Source: an uncultured Flavobacteriaceae bacterium (lineage in GTDB: Bacteria; Bacteroidota; Bacteroidia; Flavobacteriales; Flavobacteriaceae). From it: 47,731 nucleotides of DNA. The notes below the pieces were generated by a model that did no database searches, had not been told where the DNA came from, and saw only the letters and a list, made by a program, of their open reading frames with translations. Made by a program: the position numbers and the translations under genes. Numbering within the stretch: the first letter of the stretch is position 1; every line of letters starts with the position of its first letter. This document shows, piece after piece, positions 45,515 through 47,731 of this stretch. The stretch is taken from the NCBI GenBank assembly GCA_964440415.1, contig CAYTSL010000001.1:1-47731 (forward strand). The letters are read 5' to 3'.

Positions 45515-46492
45515 TTATTCTATTACTGGGAACATGTTAATTTCTTTTTTGGTAAAGGCGTCCCAACCTTTATCTTTTAAAACCTCATTCATAAAGCTGT
45601 TTTCGCCATAAGCCAGATTACCTGTTTGGTAACCCAATACATTAAGGTATGCTACTATATAAGCTGCTTTTTGACCTGTAGCTTCATAGACCACAACTTT
45701 TTGATCTATAGGAAGTGTAAGTAAATCGTTTGCTAATGATGCGTTAGGTGCAAAGTGTAGGGTTCCTGGTATGTGACCTTCACATTTTTCTTGATCCCAA
45801 TAGTTTATTATATAATAGTTGTCTGGAGCTTCGAATATATCTAATGATTTCACGATAAACTCTTTATAAGGAGTAGCGAATAATGTTTCTAATCTTGCAC
45901 TTAAAATGTCTTTAGCTTCGGTTTTTCCTGTGCTTAATATAGGATGAGGTCCCATTTCTGGTTTTGCTTTCTCTGTTGTTTCTAATTTTGAAGCAAAATC
46001 ATTTTTAATGTTCTTGTTCCATGAATTGTTGGCGAAATCTTCTCTCCAAGAGCTCATTCCCCATTTCATGCTATATACATTATCGTATCCAGCTAATCTT
46101 AACAAACTTGAGTAATAGGCTGCAGATTGACCAGAGTAACATACCATTACTATTTTATCAAAATCTGAAGGGTTGATAGTACCTTCAAAGTAAGTCAACA
46201 GATTTGCTGATTTTACGTTGGCCGCATTTTTAATATGACCATATTCAAACCAACTTTCACTTCTAATATCAATAACATGATATTTAGGGTTTTTCATATT
46301 TTTCTTAACCTCATCTGCAATAATTAGTGGTATTTCGCCATTAATAAAGCTGGTATTGGTTTCTAAATATTTTACCAGAGTTTCGAATTCATCTGGATTG
46401 TTTGTAGCAGGATTATCTACTTGTCCAAAACTGCTTGTTAGAGCAGTAAACGAAATAAATAATGCTACTAAAAAAAAGACTGTTTTTTTCAT
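45515..46492 (-). CDS. Exported tandem-rhodanese protein with one active loop and one Cys-less loop
   Basis: 325 aa with a type-I signal peptide (TSSFGQVD). Domain 1: YHVIDIRSESWFEYGHIKNAANV...IVMVCYSGQSAAY...MKWGMSSW. Domain 2 has VVVYEATGQKAAY, with Glu in place of the catalytic Cys. Confidence 0.85.
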   Translation of the reverse strand: MKKTVFFLVALFISFTALTSSFGQVDNPATNNPDEFETLVKYLETNTSFINGEIPLIIADEVKKNMKNPKYHVIDIRSESWFEYGHIKNAANVKSANLLTYFEGTINPSDFDKIVMVCYSGQSAAYYSSLLRLAGYDNVYSMKWGMSSWREDFANNSWNKNIKNDFASKLETTEKAKPEMGPHPILSTGKTEAKDILSARLETLFATPYKEFIVKSLDIFEAPDNYYIINYWDQEKCEGHIPGTLHFAPNASLANDLLTLPIDQKVVVYEATGQKAAYIVAYLNVLGYQTGNLAYGENSFMNEVLKDKGWDAFTKKEINMFPVIE

Positions 46493-46620
46493 ATTATAAT
46501 TATTTAAAATTCAAAAATTTAATTGTTTTACTTGGGGATAAAATTATATTCGGGAGAACTCTATTTTTATGACTTTTGAGTAATACATAATCGGTTAATA
46601 CAGTATCATTTGTCACATTC

Positions 46621-46642
46621 TTTGGTAACATATGTTACCAAA
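46621..46642. promoter_or_regulatory. 22-bp perfect palindrome TTTGGTAACATATGTTACCAAA (core GTAAC-N4-GTTAC); candidate Crp/Fnr-type operator in the rhodanese operon leader
   Basis: Read directly from the sequence. It is centred about 140 nt upstream of the ATG at 46492, inside a 373-bp intergenic region. The 5-4-5 geometry equals that of FNR-type boxes, but with different half-sites. Confidence 0.5.
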
Positions 46643-46865
46643 TATTATTAATTGATTTTACGAGGAATATCAATTATAAAGTACAGTATATCAATTACTT
46701 ATATATAAAATATTACTTTTATTTATTTAATCAGTTTGAAGACGGCAGTTAAATTTAGAATTGTAAAAAGAAAAAATAGGAGCAAGCCGATTTTAAACAA
46801 TTTCTAGTTACTAAAAAAGAAGTAAAAAAACGTCAAATTTGGAATATTACTACGTAATAAAATAA

Positions 46866-47516
46866 CTAAACAAGAACATCAATTTTGTTCCTTCCTAGTT
46901 TAATTTTGCCCTCATGTTCCAGAGATTTTAAGAGTCTAGATACCACTACTCGAGAAGTATGAAGATCATTTGCTATTTCTTGATGCGTTATAAAAAGCTT
47001 TTTGGAATGTTTTATGTCAATTTGTTTAGCCAGATATTTGTAAACACGATCGTCTAATTTTAGAAATGCAAGACTTCTTATTGCATCTCCTAGTTCTAAA
47101 AGTCTATTATGGTAACTATCAATAATGAAAATGCGCCAAGTTTTATATTTGGTTATCCACTCTTCAATTTTATTTACAGGAAATAAAACACATTCAGTAT
47201 CTTGTTCTACATAAGCTCTGAACATACTTTTGTTTTTGTTGATGCAGTTCACAAAAGAAATAGCACAAGTGTCGCCTTCCTCCAAAAAATAAAGCAATAT
47301 TTCATCCTCATGTTGATCCTCTCTAAGCACTTTAATAAGACCATTTAATATCAGAGGAATATGAGTCATCTCATCACCAATATCAATAAGCATTTCACCC
47401 TTTTTATAAGTCTTATAGATTCCGTTTTTGGCTATTTCATTAATAAGTCTTGTTTCAAAAACACTATCAAAATGCTTGTGCAATTGTTCCTTTAAAAAAG
47501 TTATGTTTTGTTCCAT
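46866..47516 (-). CDS. Crp/Fnr-family transcriptional regulator (paralog B)
   Basis: 216 aa with a cNMP-binding-like barrel and an HTH (ITHQEIANDLHTSRVVVSRLLKSLEHEGKI). It shares the GDTCAISFVNC motif with paralog A. Confidence 0.85.
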   Translation of the reverse strand: MEQNITFLKEQLHKHFDSVFETRLINEIAKNGIYKTYKKGEMLIDIGDEMTHIPLILNGLIKVLREDQHEDEILLYFLEEGDTCAISFVNCINKNKSMFRAYVEQDTECVLFPVNKIEEWITKYKTWRIFIIDSYHNRLLELGDAIRSLAFLKLDDRVYKYLAKQIDIKHSKKLFITHQEIANDLHTSRVVVSRLLKSLEHEGKIKLGRNKIDVLV

Positions 47517-47587
47517 TTTGATATTATTTAAAGCAGGTTAGATTTTCAAAAGATTTAAGGGCAAAAAAGGTTTTTAACTTCAACAGA

Positions 47588-47731
47588 TTAACAACCACCT
47601 TCTACAGGCATTTTTTTTTTCTTTTTAACAGGAACTACTTTTTTTGAAGTTTTATTAATAACAGGTTTTGGTTTATCTTCTACAGGATAGTTTTTAACAT
47701 CGTCTTTTGTCCATCCATTCCATTTCTTCTC
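47588..47731 (-). CDS. 3' end of an unidentified gene entering from the right window edge (Lys-rich tail ending ...MPVEGGC)
   Basis: My own translation of the complement is EKKWNGWTKDDVKNYPVEDKPKPVINKTSKKVVPVKKKKKMPVEGGC*, with the stop as the complement of 47588-47590. It is open to the window edge. It is short and low in complexity, so the coding status is uncertain. Confidence 0.35.
   Translation of the reverse strand, partial: EKKWNGWTKDDVKNYPVEDKPKPVINKTSKKVVPVKKKKKMPVEGGC

Noticed and set aside
46651-46674. ATTGAT-N12-ATCAAT inverted repeat next to the 22-bp palindrome, considered as an FNR-like box
   Set aside because: The arms are only 6 bp in very AT-rich DNA, and the 12-nt spacer does not fit the Crp/Fnr 5-4-5 or 5-6-5 geometry. 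It may be chance, and I would revisit it only if footprinting extends over it.
1-47731. Searched for CRISPR arrays, tRNA/rRNA genes, transposases, integrases, toxin-antitoxin pairs and phage-defence-like genes
   Set aside because: There are no regularly spaced direct repeats, no cloverleaf-like or rRNA-like segments in the intergenic regions, and no ORF with recombinase, transposase or defence-type motifs. Every large ORF is accounted for by glycan utilisation, pnt or the rhodanese cluster.

Overview
This is an AT-rich chromosomal segment that looks like Bacteroidota/Flavobacteriia. The taxon is inferred from the SusC/SusD pair, the many lipoprotein signals and the base composition. Almost everything is transcribed on the minus strand. 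All family calls come from reading motifs in the translations; no database search was possible.

Positions 1 to ~39.2 kb form one large beta-1,3/1,6-glucan (laminarin-type) utilisation region. It contains:
- a membrane-anchored propeller/Y_Y_Y/LuxR-HTH regulator (36414-39221);
- a canonical SusC/SusD pair followed by PKD/CBM surface lipoproteins;
- 2x GH16 and 2x GH30;
- 4x GH17, three of them without signal peptides;
- a 1152-aa cytoplasmic glycoside-phosphorylase-like protein (GH149-like);
- two MFS transporters (sugar-porter and GPH types);
- two clan GH-A paralogs, a CotH-family lipoprotein and a GH5;
- a truncated CBM protein at the left edge that is missing from the ORF track.

Next come pntAA-pntAB-pntB on the plus strand (39626-42434). 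After that is a minus-strand cluster (42506-47516): Crp/Fnr regulator, OprO/P-type porin, two exported tandem-rhodanese proteins, and a second Crp/Fnr paralog. I saw no rRNA, tRNA, CRISPR array, transposase or integrase.

The items most worth a second look:
1. The 1048-aa protein at 15060-18206 is a GH-A catalytic domain fused to a ~600-aa C-terminal region with the sequence character of an outer-membrane beta-barrel. It heads a SusC/D-less operon that mirrors the canonical SusC/D module upstream.
2. An exact 19-nt element (CCTATACAAAAACCATACA) is shared by two operon leaders 17.5 kb apart. Related ATACAA half-sites, including a perfect palindrome, lie in front of the regulator gene and susC.
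3. In the porin + exported rhodanese cluster, both flanking Crp/Fnr paralogs carry a conserved CX6C motif. A 22-bp perfect palindrome with FNR-box geometry sits in the cluster's leader.
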